From contig OY729431.1 of the NCBI GenBank assembly GCA_963422395.1, positions 1,824,001-1,888,000 of the forward strand: a stretch of 64,000 nucleotides of DNA, in the 5' to 3' direction. Source of the DNA: Vicinamibacteria bacterium (GTDB taxonomy: Bacteria > Acidobacteriota > Vicinamibacteria > Marinacidobacterales > Marinacidobacteraceae). Positions 39,013 through 48,740 of this stretch are shown here, in pieces; positions within the stretch are counted from its first letter, which is position 1, and every line of letters starts with the position of its first letter. Under the pieces are notes generated by a model. That model saw nothing but the letters and a program-made list of their open reading frames with translations, made no database searches and had not been told where the DNA came from. The position numbers were made by a program, and so were the translations under genes.

Positions 39013-40428
39013 ATGCTGCGGCGCACCAAGATCATCGCCACCCTGGGTCCGGCAACGGCTTCGGCGCCCGCCGTCGAGGCGCTCGTGGAGGCCGGCATGG
39101 ATGTCGCGCGGTTCAACTGCGCCCATGAGACCGCATCGAGCCTCCAAAAGCGCATCCGCGTCATCCGCCGGGCTTCGAAGAAGTACGGGCGGGCGATCGC
39201 GACCATGGCCGATCTCGCCGGGCCCAAGATGCGCACCGGGGAAGTTCCCGAAGAAGGCGTCGAACTCACCGCGGGAGCGCGCTTCATCCTCACCACCCGG
39301 AAAGTCCCGGGCAGCGCCGAAGCGGTCTCGACCACCTACGCCCAGTTGCCCCGCGATGTCCGCCCCGGCGACTCGATCCTGCTCGACGACGGGCTGCTCC
39401 AGCTGCGAGTGGTCGAGGCGCGGAACCAGGATGTCGATACCGAGGTGGTGGTGGGCGGCCTGCTCCTCTCCCGGAAGGGACTCAACCTGCCGGGGGTGCC
39501 GCTCTCGGGCCCTTCGTTGACCGTCAAGGACCGCTCCGACCTGAAAGCCGCAGTCGCTGCGGGCGTGGATTACCTCGCAGTGTCCTTCGTGCAGCGCCCC
39601 CGCGACATCGAAACGGTGCGGGGCTTGCTGGCGAACCTCGACCGGGAAGATCTGCCGATCGTCGCCAAGATCGAACGGCCCGAGGCGCTCGAGAACCTCG
39701 AGCGGATCCTCGCGGTTTCGGACGGCGTGATGGTCGCCCGCGGCGACCTCGGCGTCGAAACTTCCTCGGAGCGGGTGCCGGTGATCCAGAAACGGGTGAT
39801 CCGGGAAGCGAACTCGCGGGGCAGGATCGCCATCACCGCGACTCAGATGCTGGATTCGATGATCTCCCACCCCTTCCCCACCCGGGCCGAGGCCTCCGAT
39901 GTGGCGAACGCCATCCTCGACGGCAGCGACGCGGTCATGCTCTCGGGAGAAACCTCGGTGGGGAAGTACGCGGCGGAGGCGGTCCGCACCCTCGACCGCC
40001 TCGCCGCCTACACCGAACAACACGCCGACTTCGGCGAACAGCCGCACTATCAGGCCCTGATCGACCGAAGCCGGGTGGAACACGCGGTAGCGGCGGCCGC
40101 TCGGGAAGCGGCGGCCACCGTGGAGGCCGTCTGCATCATCGCGTTCACCGACTCGGGGGCTACCGTCCGGCAAGTGAGCCGGTTGCGGCCGCCCTGCGGG
40201 ATCTTCGGCTTCACGACTTCCGAACGCGTCTATCGGCGGCTCGCCCTCCGCTGGGGCGTCCGGCCGATGCGGAACCGCCGGTTTCGCACCACCGACGCGA
40301 TGCTGAGGAGCGCCCTCGACGGGCTCCGCTCCGAGCGGTTCGTCGCCGCCGGTGACCGGGTGGTCCTCGTGTGCGGCACCACCCAGCTGAGCGGCGCCAC
40401 GAACATGATGAAGGTGGAGATCCTCTGA
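39013..40428 (+). CDS. pyk: Pyruvate kinase
   Basis: RRTKIIATLGP, KIE, MVARGDLGVE, ATQMLDSM, PTRAE and MLSGET motifs. Confidence 0.97.
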   Translation: MLRRTKIIATLGPATASAPAVEALVEAGMDVARFNCAHETASSLQKRIRVIRRASKKYGRAIATMADLAGPKMRTGEVPEEGVELTAGARFILTTRKVPGSAEAVSTTYAQLPRDVRPGDSILLDDGLLQLRVVEARNQDVDTEVVVGGLLLSRKGLNLPGVPLSGPSLTVKDRSDLKAAVAAGVDYLAVSFVQRPRDIETVRGLLANLDREDLPIVAKIERPEALENLERILAVSDGVMVARGDLGVETSSERVPVIQKRVIREANSRGRIAITATQMLDSMISHPFPTRAEASDVANAILDGSDAVMLSGETSVGKYAAEAVRTLDRLAAYTEQHADFGEQPHYQALIDRSRVEHAVAAAAREAAATVEAVCIIAFTDSGATVRQVSRLRPPCGIFGFTTSERVYRRLALRWGVRPMRNRRFRTTDAMLRSALDGLRSERFVAAGDRVVLVCGTTQLSGATNMMKVEIL

Positions 40429-40463
40429 GGGTGTCCCTCGGGACAGCCGGCGGTCTTTTTTCG

Positions 40464-42014
40464 TCAGGCGGGCACGAAGATGCCGTGGAAACCCAGCGGC
40501 AGGGGGTAGCGCAGCCGGCCCACCGCGAGCGGGCCCTCGCCGATGCGCTCGGCGTCGAAAACCGCGATCTGGGTGATCTCCCGGTCGAGGTCCAGCGCGG
40601 TGCCGAGAACCCAGCCGGCCTCCTGCGTCTCTCCTCCGGGGCGGGGCACGAAGATGTGCTCCTCGGGCAGGAAGCGGTCTCCGTAGAAGTGGGTTTCCGC
40701 TTCGCCGGTCGAAAGATCCCAGCGCGCCACCCGATCCAGCCGGCGAGGCAGAGTCCCGGAACGACGGGCCGGGGCGCTCGCCAGGCTATAGACATGGCGG
40801 TGCCGTTTGCCCACCGCGCCGGGATGCACTCGGGGAAACTCCGCCGCCCGCTCGAACAGCTGCTGCTCGACGAGGTCCCCCTCGCCGAGCGCGACCTGGG
40901 CGAGGCGGGTGGGTCCGGTCGGAGCCCGCAAGACGCCGCGCATGACCTCGCGGAAGGTCTCGGTCAGTTCGGTCGCGTCCGGTGCCACACAGTAGTCGAA
41001 CCGGATGGCATCTCCGTCTTCCCAGGCGTTGCCGAAATGGAAGGTGAAGCCCGCCGGCAACTGCCACCACCGCCGGTTCGCGAAGTCGTCCTTGCGCACC
41101 GCGAGTACGCGAGTGCCGAGCTCCGGCCGCCAGACCTGGGCGTCGAGCAAGCTGGCCTCGGGGGACAGCCTCTCGGGGTCGAATACCAGCGGCGGCAGGA
41201 CGAAGACCAGATGGTGGGCGGTAACGGCGAAGTCGTGGACCATGCCGAGCGGAGCGGCGGCGACCTTTCCAACCGCGGCCACCGCGCCCGCCGCATCGAT
41301 TCGGTAGAGCACCAGCAGGCCCCGGAGGAAGTCGTAGCCGAACGCCCAGAGCGTGCCGTCGGGCTCGACCTTCGGATGCGCGGTGAAGGGCGCGCCGATC
41401 AGGTCGTTCCGCCAAACCTTCGGACCCAGGGTTTCCAGGGACTCGGGATCGAGGCGATACGGTGAGCCGGCCTCCCACAGCGCCAGCAGTTCACCCGCAT
41501 GGTGCAGGAGGCTGATGTTCGCGGGGTTCATCGCATCCGGGCCGGTCAGCGGCCGGCCGTCGGCCAGGGGAGTACCGAATCCCGGCCACAGCATTCGTCC
41601 GGCGTCCTGTTCCGCCTGCCGCTTGGCGGTGGCGACGAACCGGCCCCGATGGCGAATCCGGCCGCCGCCCATGGTGAATGCCTGGACCATGCCGTCGCCG
41701 TCGAACCAGTGGTGGTACCGCCGGCCGCCGACCTCATGACCCGCCGGGCCGTTCCGGTAGAAGACGCCGGCGAGTTCTTCCGGCCAACGCCCTTCTACGG
41801 CCAGGTCCTCGTCCCCGAGACTCTCGGCCGCGATCCCCTGCCAGCCGAGCAGGGCGGGATTCGCGGCCCGGGCGGCGTCGAAGTCCTGTTTCCAGCGATC
41901 TCCTCGGGAGAGGCGCCGGGCTCCGGCAGGAAGCGCCCAAAGGGCGCCCGGCAATCCCATCGCACCGATCGCGGCAGCCGCGAGGAACTCTCTCCTCTGC
42001 TTCGGTGCGCTCAT
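40464..42014 (-). CDS. Carotenoid/stilbene cleavage oxygenase (RPE65 family) with twin-arginine signal
   Basis: QRREFL signal; RNGP and HWFDGDG; four His ligands in AHPK, VHDF, FHFGNA and GFHG. Confidence 0.9.
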   Translation of the reverse strand: MSAPKQRREFLAAAAIGAMGLPGALWALPAGARRLSRGDRWKQDFDAARAANPALLGWQGIAAESLGDEDLAVEGRWPEELAGVFYRNGPAGHEVGGRRYHHWFDGDGMVQAFTMGGGRIRHRGRFVATAKRQAEQDAGRMLWPGFGTPLADGRPLTGPDAMNPANISLLHHAGELLALWEAGSPYRLDPESLETLGPKVWRNDLIGAPFTAHPKVEPDGTLWAFGYDFLRGLLVLYRIDAAGAVAAVGKVAAAPLGMVHDFAVTAHHLVFVLPPLVFDPERLSPEASLLDAQVWRPELGTRVLAVRKDDFANRRWWQLPAGFTFHFGNAWEDGDAIRFDYCVAPDATELTETFREVMRGVLRAPTGPTRLAQVALGEGDLVEQQLFERAAEFPRVHPGAVGKRHRHVYSLASAPARRSGTLPRRLDRVARWDLSTGEAETHFYGDRFLPEEHIFVPRPGGETQEAGWVLGTALDLDREITQIAVFDAERIGEGPLAVGRLRYPLPLGFHGIFVPA

Positions 42015-42478
42015 CGTACCGATCCTCCCGAGCGATAGATCAGTTCGGCGTCGGTCGAGACCGTCTCGCCGGCGGCGGACACCTCGACCGCCGCCTGCTC
42101 GAAATCCGGCGGCCCGAACCGCCCATCGGCACTGCGGCTGAAGCCGAAGCCCTCGGTGGGGAAGTCGTGGAAGTCGGTGTCCAGCTCATCGTTGCCGTTC
42201 TCGTCGTGGAAGACCGCGACCGCGTAGCGGCCCGCCGGCAGGTCGGTGAAGACGAACCGGAGCACCCCGGGGGCGGCCCTCCTCCAATGCGCGGCCACCG
42301 CAGCCTCGGCATCGGGGAAGTCGTCCGCGCCGGCCTGGTGGTGGAGAGCCGCCATCACTCTCCCGGAATCGTGCGCGACCGAACGCACGGTGACCTCCAG
42401 GTCATCGCCGAATCCGGGCGGCGCTGCCGCCAAGATCGCCAGGGCGGCGGAAAAGAACGATGTCGTGATCTTTGGCAT
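42011..42478 (-). CDS. DUF2141 family secreted protein
   Basis: Signal peptide; GRYAVAVFHDENGN.LD...P.EG.GFS...FGPP.F motif. Confidence 0.88.
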   Translation of the reverse strand: MPKITTSFFSAALAILAAAPPGFGDDLEVTVRSVAHDSGRVMAALHHQAGADDFPDAEAAVAAHWRRAAPGVLRFVFTDLPAGRYAVAVFHDENGNDELDTDFHDFPTEGFGFSRSADGRFGPPDFEQAAVEVSAAGETVSTDAELIYRSGGSVR

Positions 42479-42530
42479 CAGGGATCTCCTTCGGAGGTTT
42501 GCGAAGAGATTGGAGAGAGGATCGCGGCGG

Positions 42531-43733
42531 TCAGCGCGGAAAAGAGAAGCCGATATCCACCGAGAACAGCACGAGCGTCGGATCTATCGTCGAACTCCAG
42601 GTGGTTTCCACGAGGGTCTTCGGATCCGAAACGAGGGTGCCCAAGTCGAAAAGGATCGTCATGTCCGTGGTGAGGGGCGGGCCCCAGACGACATCCACCC
42701 GGGGGCGAATCAGGAACCGGCCCCTGCGGAACCCGAGACTCAGGGAGCCGGTATGCACGAGATGGCTCCGATCGGCTTCGAACACGAACTCCGCCACCGT
42801 GATCGGGGCCCCCTGGGCCGCCAGCTCCGCCTCCAGGTCGGAGATCAGGGCGCCCGACTGCAGATCGTCGGTCAGGTCGTCGGTGGCCCGAATCCATCCC
42901 GTGCCGAAGCCGATTGCGAGCTCGACGGCCCCGTCCCGGAAGCGAAAGGTGCGCAGCGCCGAGGCCAGCACGAGGTCGGCGCGGGAAGAAACCGAGCTCT
43001 GAACCGCCCCCATCGATACCCCGAGAGAGGCGGTTTCCGGGGAATCCTGGAGGAGCTCCGACGGGGTGAGATCGGGACTTCGGAGCACGAAGTAGCTGCC
43101 CTCGAAGCCCCAATTCCCATAGAGCAGCCGTGTCCCCGCGCCCCCGCCGAACTCCCGGCTCCAGCGGGAATCCGAGACGGAATCCGTGTCCAGCTCGGAA
43201 CCGGCTCGCGCGCTGATGGAGTCGGTGGCGGACACCTGGAGCAGGGACAGTCCGCCGCGCCCGAAGACTTCAGCGCGGAAGCGGGGCGGCGGGATCATCT
43301 TGGCAGCGGTCGAGATCGTCTCGCCGCCGGTCGGTATCTCGACGGCCGCCTGCTCGAAATCCGGGGGGCCGAACAGGCCCTTCGCGCTGCGGCTGAAACC
43401 GTAGCCCTCGATCGGAACACCGAAAAAGTTGGTGTCCAGCACCCCGTTGCCGTTCTCGTCGTGGAAGACCGCGACCGCGTAGCGGCCCGCCGGCAGGTCG
43501 GGAAAGAGGAAGCGGAGCACTCCGGGAGCGGCCTTCATCCACTGCGCGGCCACCGCACCCTCGGCATCGGGGAATTGCTCCGCACCGGCCTCGCGATGGA
43601 GGGCCGCCATGACCCTTCCGGAATCGTGCGCGGCCAAACGCACGGTGACCTCCAGGTCATCGCCGAATCCGGGATGCGCTGCCGCCAAGACCGCCAGGGC
43701 GGCGGAAAAGAACGATGTCGTGATCTTTGGCAT
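42531..43733 (-). CDS. DUF2141 domain fused to a predicted outer-membrane beta-barrel
   Basis: N-terminal ~142 aa paralogous to 42011-42478; C-terminal ~255 aa with amphipathic strands ending VLFSVDIGFSF-PR. Confidence 0.75.
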   Translation of the reverse strand: MPKITTSFFSAALAVLAAAHPGFGDDLEVTVRLAAHDSGRVMAALHREAGAEQFPDAEGAVAAQWMKAAPGVLRFLFPDLPAGRYAVAVFHDENGNGVLDTNFFGVPIEGYGFSRSAKGLFGPPDFEQAAVEIPTGGETISTAAKMIPPPRFRAEVFGRGGLSLLQVSATDSISARAGSELDTDSVSDSRWSREFGGGAGTRLLYGNWGFEGSYFVLRSPDLTPSELLQDSPETASLGVSMGAVQSSVSSRADLVLASALRTFRFRDGAVELAIGFGTGWIRATDDLTDDLQSGALISDLEAELAAQGAPITVAEFVFEADRSHLVHTGSLSLGFRRGRFLIRPRVDVVWGPPLTTDMTILFDLGTLVSDPKTLVETTWSSTIDPTLVLFSVDIGFSFPR

Positions 43734-43745
43734 CAGGCCATCTCC

Positions 43746-44408
43746 TCATTCGAGGGTTCGCGCAAGAGTTCGCGCAAGAAATCGAGAAGGTCGGGTGGTT
43801 TGCGAAGCGGCCGGAGGGAGACCCGCTGCCCCACAAGCCCGGCCCGGCCGATCGGCATCCTTCGCGGCGAGAGCGCGCAGCTCCTCGAGCGCGCGGTCGC
43901 ACCAGCCGAGCTGCGCCTCGGCCTGATCGAGCCCGTAAAGCAGCGTCATCCGCCAGAAGGGCATTCGTGGATCGGGGCCCGGCCGCCGCGCGAGATCGGC
44001 GGCGATCTCCCGGTAGCGAGCGAGTGCGGCGGCGGCGCGGGCCCGCGCCGACTCGACATGGGCCAAACAGACCGGCAGCGGAACTTCATCCCCGAAGAAC
44101 AGCTTGAGCAGGAGCTCGTTCCGGGGCGGCCGGTCGGCCACCGGCGCCGAAAGCCAGGCGCGCAGCGCCGCACGGCCCCGAGCCGTGATTCCATAGACAT
44201 GGCGAATCCGCCGCCCGGTGCGGTCGTCCTCCTGCCTGGTGACCCAGCCTTCCTCGGCGAGCGCCTTCAGCATCGGATAGATCTGGCTGTACCCCTCCGA
44301 CCAGAAGTTCCCGACACTCCGGGCGACCACCTGTTTGAGGTCGTAGCCGGACATCGGGCGCCAGGTCAGAAACCCCAGCAGGGCGAAGGCGGTTCGGTTT
44401 TCAATCAT
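43746..44408 (-). CDS. PadR-family transcriptional regulator with C-terminal extension
   Basis: LLGFL..PMSGYDL, FWSE..SQIYP.L, YGIT..GR..L..WL and ELLLKLFF motifs. Confidence 0.92.
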   Translation of the reverse strand: MIENRTAFALLGFLTWRPMSGYDLKQVVARSVGNFWSEGYSQIYPMLKALAEEGWVTRQEDDRTGRRIRHVYGITARGRAALRAWLSAPVADRPPRNELLLKLFFGDEVPLPVCLAHVESARARAAAALARYREIAADLARRPGPDPRMPFWRMTLLYGLDQAEAQLGWCDRALEELRALAAKDADRPGRACGAAGLPPAASQTTRPSRFLARTLARTLE

Positions 44409-44431
44409 GAGTATCTCTTCGATAGGTAGGG

Positions 44432-44460
44432 ATTATATATCTTTTCAATATATATGTCAA
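44432..44460 (-). promoter_or_regulatory. Consensus sigma70 promoter of padR, overlapped by a putative operator
   Basis: Minus strand TTGACA (44460-44455), 17 nt, TATAAT (44437-44432); related boxes TATC-N5-RATA at 44412-44424 and 44438-44450. Confidence 0.8.
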
Positions 44461-44491
44461 CTACATTGAGAGGGCTCTAGACTCCGCGCCG

Positions 44492-46420
44492 ATGATCGCC
44501 GTCCTGGAGGACGCCGTGCGGAAGGCCGCCGCCGCCCTCGGGGCGCCGGACTTCCCGGTGGCCTCGGAGGTTCCCCCCTCGCCGGAACAGGGAGATGTGG
44601 CGTTCCCGGCGGCTTTCGGGCTGGCGAGAACCCTCCGCCGCCCGCCCCGGGCCATCGCGGAAGGGCTGGCCGAGTCGCTTCGGGAGCGCCCCGAAGTCCA
44701 GCGGATCGTCCAGCGGGTGGAAGTGGCGGGGCCCGGGTATGTCAACCTGTTCCTGCGGCGGGCGCAGTGGCTCGCCCAGCCGGACCCCGGGGTGGATCCG
44801 GAAGCGCCGGAAGGGGTCCACATCGTCGAGCACACCTGCATCAACCCGAACAAGGCCGCGCACCTCGGCCACTTGCGGAACGCAGCACTCGGGGACTCCT
44901 TCGCCCGCATCCTCCGGTTCCTCGGGCGGCGGGTCGAAGTGCAGAACTACATCGACGACACCGGCGTACAGGTCGCGGATGTCGCCCTCGGCTTCTATCG
45001 CCTCCGGGGAGAAGACGCCGATGCAGTGCGCCGCCTCGCGCGCCGCCCGCGCTTCGACTTCCTCTGCTGGGACCTCTACCGCGAGGTGTCGCGCCGCATC
45101 GATGCCGATCCCGCCTTCGCCGCCGCCCGCCGGGAGGCCCTCCACGGGCTGGAACACGGCGAGGCTCCCTGGTCGGAGATCGGGGCGGTCGTCGCCGAAG
45201 CCATCGCCCGCCGCCACCTCGAAACGATGGAACGGATCGGCGTCCGCTACGACTTGCTGCCCTGCGAGAAGACGATCCTGCGCCTCCACTTCTGGGATCG
45301 CGCTTTCGAACTGCTGCGGGCGAAGGGAGCCATCCGCCGGAGCCGCTCCGGCAAGAACCGGGACTGCTGGGTGATGGACACCGATCTCGCCCAGGACGGG
45401 GAGAAGGTCATCGTCCGCTCGAACGGGACTGTGACCTATGTGGGGAAGGACATCGCCTACCAGATGTGGCAGCTCGGCCTGCTGGACCGGGAATTCCGCT
45501 ACCGGCGCTTTCACGACTACGCCGACGGTTCGGCGGCCTGGATCACCACCGACGGCCGCGGCGATCCCGCCGCCCCGCGCTTCGGCGCCGGCGCGCTGGT
45601 CCACCATGTGATCGACGCCCGGCAGTCCTATCCGCAGCAGGTGGTCCAGGAGGCGGTCGCGCGGCTGAGCTCGGAGTCGGAACGCTCCCGGACCCGGCAC
45701 TTCGCCTACGAGATGGTCGCTCTCACTCCGGCGACATTCGCGGCGATGGGGTCGCCCGGGAGCGGGGGCGGGAGCGGGGGCGCAGTGGAGATGTCCGGCC
45801 GGAAGGGAGTGGGGATCAAGGCCGACGACCTCCTCGACACACTCGTAGCCCGAGCGCAGGCCGAAGTCTCGTCGCGGAACCCCGATCTCGGAGCCGCAGT
45901 GCCGGAGGCGCTCGCCCGCGACATCGCGGTGGGCGCCCTTCGCTACTTGATGGTGCAGGTGACGAAGAACCAGCGGATCGTCTTCGATATCGAGGAAGCG
46001 CTGAGCTTCGACGGCGCCACCGGCCCCTATCTCCAATACGCAGCGGTGCGCGCCCGGAACATCCTGACCCGGCTCGACCTCCCGGCGTCGAAGCACCGCA
46101 GAGGTCCGCCCGAAGAGTTCGACGAACGGCTGGCCCGGCTCGATCCGACGGAGGCCCGAGATCTCTGGATCCTGGTCCGGGAGGCTTCTGGACTCCACGC
46201 CGCCGCCGCCCGCGCCCGGGACGAAGAGGACCCACAAGTGCTGGCGCGCTGGGCCTATGAGGGAGCACAACGCTTCCACGGCTTCTACCACCGCTACCGG
46301 GTAGCGGGAGAAACCGACGAGAACGCCCGAAGCCTGCGCGCCTACGCCATCGAAGTCTTTTTCACCCAGCACGCCAAGGGGCTGGAGCTTCTGGGGATTC
46401 CGATTCCGGAGCGGATGTGA
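44492..46420 (+). CDS. argS: Arginine--tRNA ligase
   Basis: EHTCINPNKAAHLGH (HIGH), MSGR and GPYLQYA motifs. Confidence 0.95.
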   Translation: MIAVLEDAVRKAAAALGAPDFPVASEVPPSPEQGDVAFPAAFGLARTLRRPPRAIAEGLAESLRERPEVQRIVQRVEVAGPGYVNLFLRRAQWLAQPDPGVDPEAPEGVHIVEHTCINPNKAAHLGHLRNAALGDSFARILRFLGRRVEVQNYIDDTGVQVADVALGFYRLRGEDADAVRRLARRPRFDFLCWDLYREVSRRIDADPAFAAARREALHGLEHGEAPWSEIGAVVAEAIARRHLETMERIGVRYDLLPCEKTILRLHFWDRAFELLRAKGAIRRSRSGKNRDCWVMDTDLAQDGEKVIVRSNGTVTYVGKDIAYQMWQLGLLDREFRYRRFHDYADGSAAWITTDGRGDPAAPRFGAGALVHHVIDARQSYPQQVVQEAVARLSSESERSRTRHFAYEMVALTPATFAAMGSPGSGGGSGGAVEMSGRKGVGIKADDLLDTLVARAQAEVSSRNPDLGAAVPEALARDIAVGALRYLMVQVTKNQRIVFDIEEALSFDGATGPYLQYAAVRARNILTRLDLPASKHRRGPPEEFDERLARLDPTEARDLWILVREASGLHAAAARARDEEDPQVLARWAYEGAQRFHGFYHRYRVAGETDENARSLRAYAIEVFFTQHAKGLELLGIPIPERM

Positions 46421-47076
46421 ATCCGCCCGCCAACGCCGTGCGGCATCTCGAGCGACGGGGGCGCGGGGTGGCCTGGCGGCTCGTGAGGACGGCGGCCATC
46501 TCGCTCGCCGCCGGCTGGTTGCTGCTTTCCTACGGCGCCCAGATCTTCCGGATCGAAGGCGCGAGCATGGCCCCCGCGCTTCGTTCCGGAGAACGAGTCC
46601 TGGTGGACAAGGTCGGCGTCCGGCTCGGCGGAGTCCGGCGGGGAGATGTGGTCGTCTTCCGCTCTCCGGCGGATTCCGGAACGGTCCTGGTGAAACGGAT
46701 CGCCGCGCTGCCGGGAGACACCGTGCACTTCCTCGACGACGAGGTGTCGGTGACCCCGAACTCCGCCCCCGCACCCGACGCCCGGAACGAGCAGGAGGCG
46801 ACTTTCCTGCGGGCGCTTTCACCGCTGGTGAAGGCCGCCGCCGACGAGCCGCCTGCCGGCTCTCGGCCGCCACCCGACGCAATCCACCACCGGCAGCCTC
46901 CCGCTCCGGGCGCAGTGGGGATGCGGGTGAGCCCCGGGCGCCTCTTCGTCCTCGGGGACAACCGCAGCCAGAGCAGCGACAGCCGTCACTGGGGGCTGCT
47001 ACCCGAGGACGCGGTCCTCGGCAGAGCCATCCTGCGCGTCTTTCCGCTGCAGCGGATGGGACGGGTTCCCCGGTGA
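46417..47076 (+). CDS. lepB: Signal peptidase I
   Basis: GASMAP (Ser), RGDVVVF, VKR (Lys) and GDNR..S.DSR motifs. Confidence 0.92.
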   Translation: MNPPANAVRHLERRGRGVAWRLVRTAAISLAAGWLLLSYGAQIFRIEGASMAPALRSGERVLVDKVGVRLGGVRRGDVVVFRSPADSGTVLVKRIAALPGDTVHFLDDEVSVTPNSAPAPDARNEQEATFLRALSPLVKAAADEPPAGSRPPPDAIHHRQPPAPGAVGMRVSPGRLFVLGDNRSQSSDSRHWGLLPEDAVLGRAILRVFPLQRMGRVPR

Positions 47077-48704
47077 GCGCCGCTCCCGCTCCTCCGGCCT
47101 CCCGGCCCACATCGCCCGGGGCCGAAGCGGCCGGCGCCGAAGACCGCGGTTTCCTACGGACCCTGCCGATCTCCCCGGGATCGTTCTTCGCCGGCTGGGC
47201 GCGAGAGCCCGGCCGTTTCTCCGACCTCCTCCCCAACCCCTTCGCCGCCGGGGCGCTCGGCGCCGCCGCGGATCGCCCGCCGCACCCGGAAGGCCGGCGC
47301 CGCGCTGCCGCCGCCGCACTCACCGCGACGAACCGGGCCTGGGGCGCCTGCCCGCGCGCACTCGGCGCCGCCGCGAGCCTGGCCGATTCCGCCACGCTCG
47401 CGGTGGTCACCGGACAACAGCCCGGACTCTTCGGAGGCCCCCTCTATTCGCTGGTCAAGGCCCTGTCCACAGTCGCCGCCGCCCGCCGCCTCGAGGCGGT
47501 TTCCGGCCGCCCCGCGGCGGCGGTGTTCTGGATCGAAGGCGACGACCACGATTTCGAGGAGATCCGGAACGCCTGGCTGCTCGACCGCGCCGGCACCCCC
47601 CGCTGCCTGCGCTACCGGCCGGGGGAGGAAAGCCCTGGACTGCCGGCGTTCCGCCGGATCCTCGACGGGTCCGTGGGGGAGCTCCTGGCGGAGCTGAAAG
47701 CGCTCCTGCCAGCGACGGAGTTTCGCAGCGAGGCGCTTCTCGCACTCTCGGACGCCTACGCCCCCGGACGGCCGCTGAGCGAGGCCTTCGGGCGGCTGAT
47801 GCTGCAGCTGACCCGCGGCACCGGGTTGATCGTCATGGATCCCACCGTGCCCGAGCTGAAGCGCCTGGCATCTCCGGTGTACGAGACTGCGATGCTGCGA
47901 GAAACCGAAGGCCGCCGCCGGATCGGGGAAACGACGCGCCGGATCGAGGCCGCCGGGTACCGGGGGCAGGCTGCCGCCGAGGGGTACGGCGTCTTTCGGA
48001 CCGGGGCGAACGGGGTGCGCCTGCGGCTCGCCGCCGGGGAGACGCTGCCCCCCGAAGCCGAGTCGTGGAGCGCGGCGGTCCTCCTCCGGCCGCTGGTGCA
48101 GGATTTTCTGCTGCCGACCGCCGCCTATGTGGGCGGTCCCTCCGAAATCGCCTACCACGCCCAGCTCGGGGGCCTCTACGAACTCCACGGGATCCCCCGG
48201 CCGTTCGTGATCCCGCGGCATCAGATCTCGGTGCTGAGTGCATCCCAGCTACGGGTGCTCGACGAGGACGGCATCGGGTTCGACGAACTCTCGGCCGGGG
48301 ACGAGGCGGCGCTGAACCGCAAGGCGGCCGATCCAGCGGCGCGGCAGGCGATTTCCGGCGCACAGGAGGCGGTGACGACCCATCTCCGGGAAGTGGAAGG
48401 GGCCGTCGGCGCACTCGACGGCAGCCTGACCGCCGCCTCTCGCCGCGCCCTCGGGAAGATGCTTCAGATCCTGGGAGATCTGGACGCCAAGGCCGTCCGC
48501 GCTGCCAAACGGCGCGACGAAGAACGGCGCCAGCGATTCCTGCGCGCCCGGAATGCGCTCTTCCCCGCCGGGACCCCGCAGGAGCGCCGGCTCGGCCCCA
48601 TCGTCTTCTGGAACCGTTATGGACCCGGCTTCGCCGGTTGGCTGCTCGACGCCCTCGAACACCCGGACTCCGACCGCCGAGCCCGGAATCTGCTGCTGCG
48701 CTGA
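47073..48704 (+). CDS. bshC: Bacillithiol biosynthesis cysteine-adding enzyme BshC
   Basis: VVTGQQPGLFGGPLY..K, FW...DHDFEEI, LRPLVQD.LLP, GGPSEIAY.AQ and QER motifs. Confidence 0.92.
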   Translation: MSAAPAPPASRPTSPGAEAAGAEDRGFLRTLPISPGSFFAGWAREPGRFSDLLPNPFAAGALGAAADRPPHPEGRRRAAAAALTATNRAWGACPRALGAAASLADSATLAVVTGQQPGLFGGPLYSLVKALSTVAAARRLEAVSGRPAAAVFWIEGDDHDFEEIRNAWLLDRAGTPRCLRYRPGEESPGLPAFRRILDGSVGELLAELKALLPATEFRSEALLALSDAYAPGRPLSEAFGRLMLQLTRGTGLIVMDPTVPELKRLASPVYETAMLRETEGRRRIGETTRRIEAAGYRGQAAAEGYGVFRTGANGVRLRLAAGETLPPEAESWSAAVLLRPLVQDFLLPTAAYVGGPSEIAYHAQLGGLYELHGIPRPFVIPRHQISVLSASQLRVLDEDGIGFDELSAGDEAALNRKAADPAARQAISGAQEAVTTHLREVEGAVGALDGSLTAASRRALGKMLQILGDLDAKAVRAAKRRDEERRQRFLRARNALFPAGTPQERRLGPIVFWNRYGPGFAGWLLDALEHPDSDRRARNLLLR

Positions 48705-48740
48705 ACCGTCCAGAGCGCCGCGTCAGGGCCCCGCCGAGTC

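Noticed and set aside
36426-39335. 969-aa ORF as an extended amidohydrolase
   Set aside because: The upstream part is antisense to GT2 and pyk; a signal peptide and a -10 box place the start at 38075.
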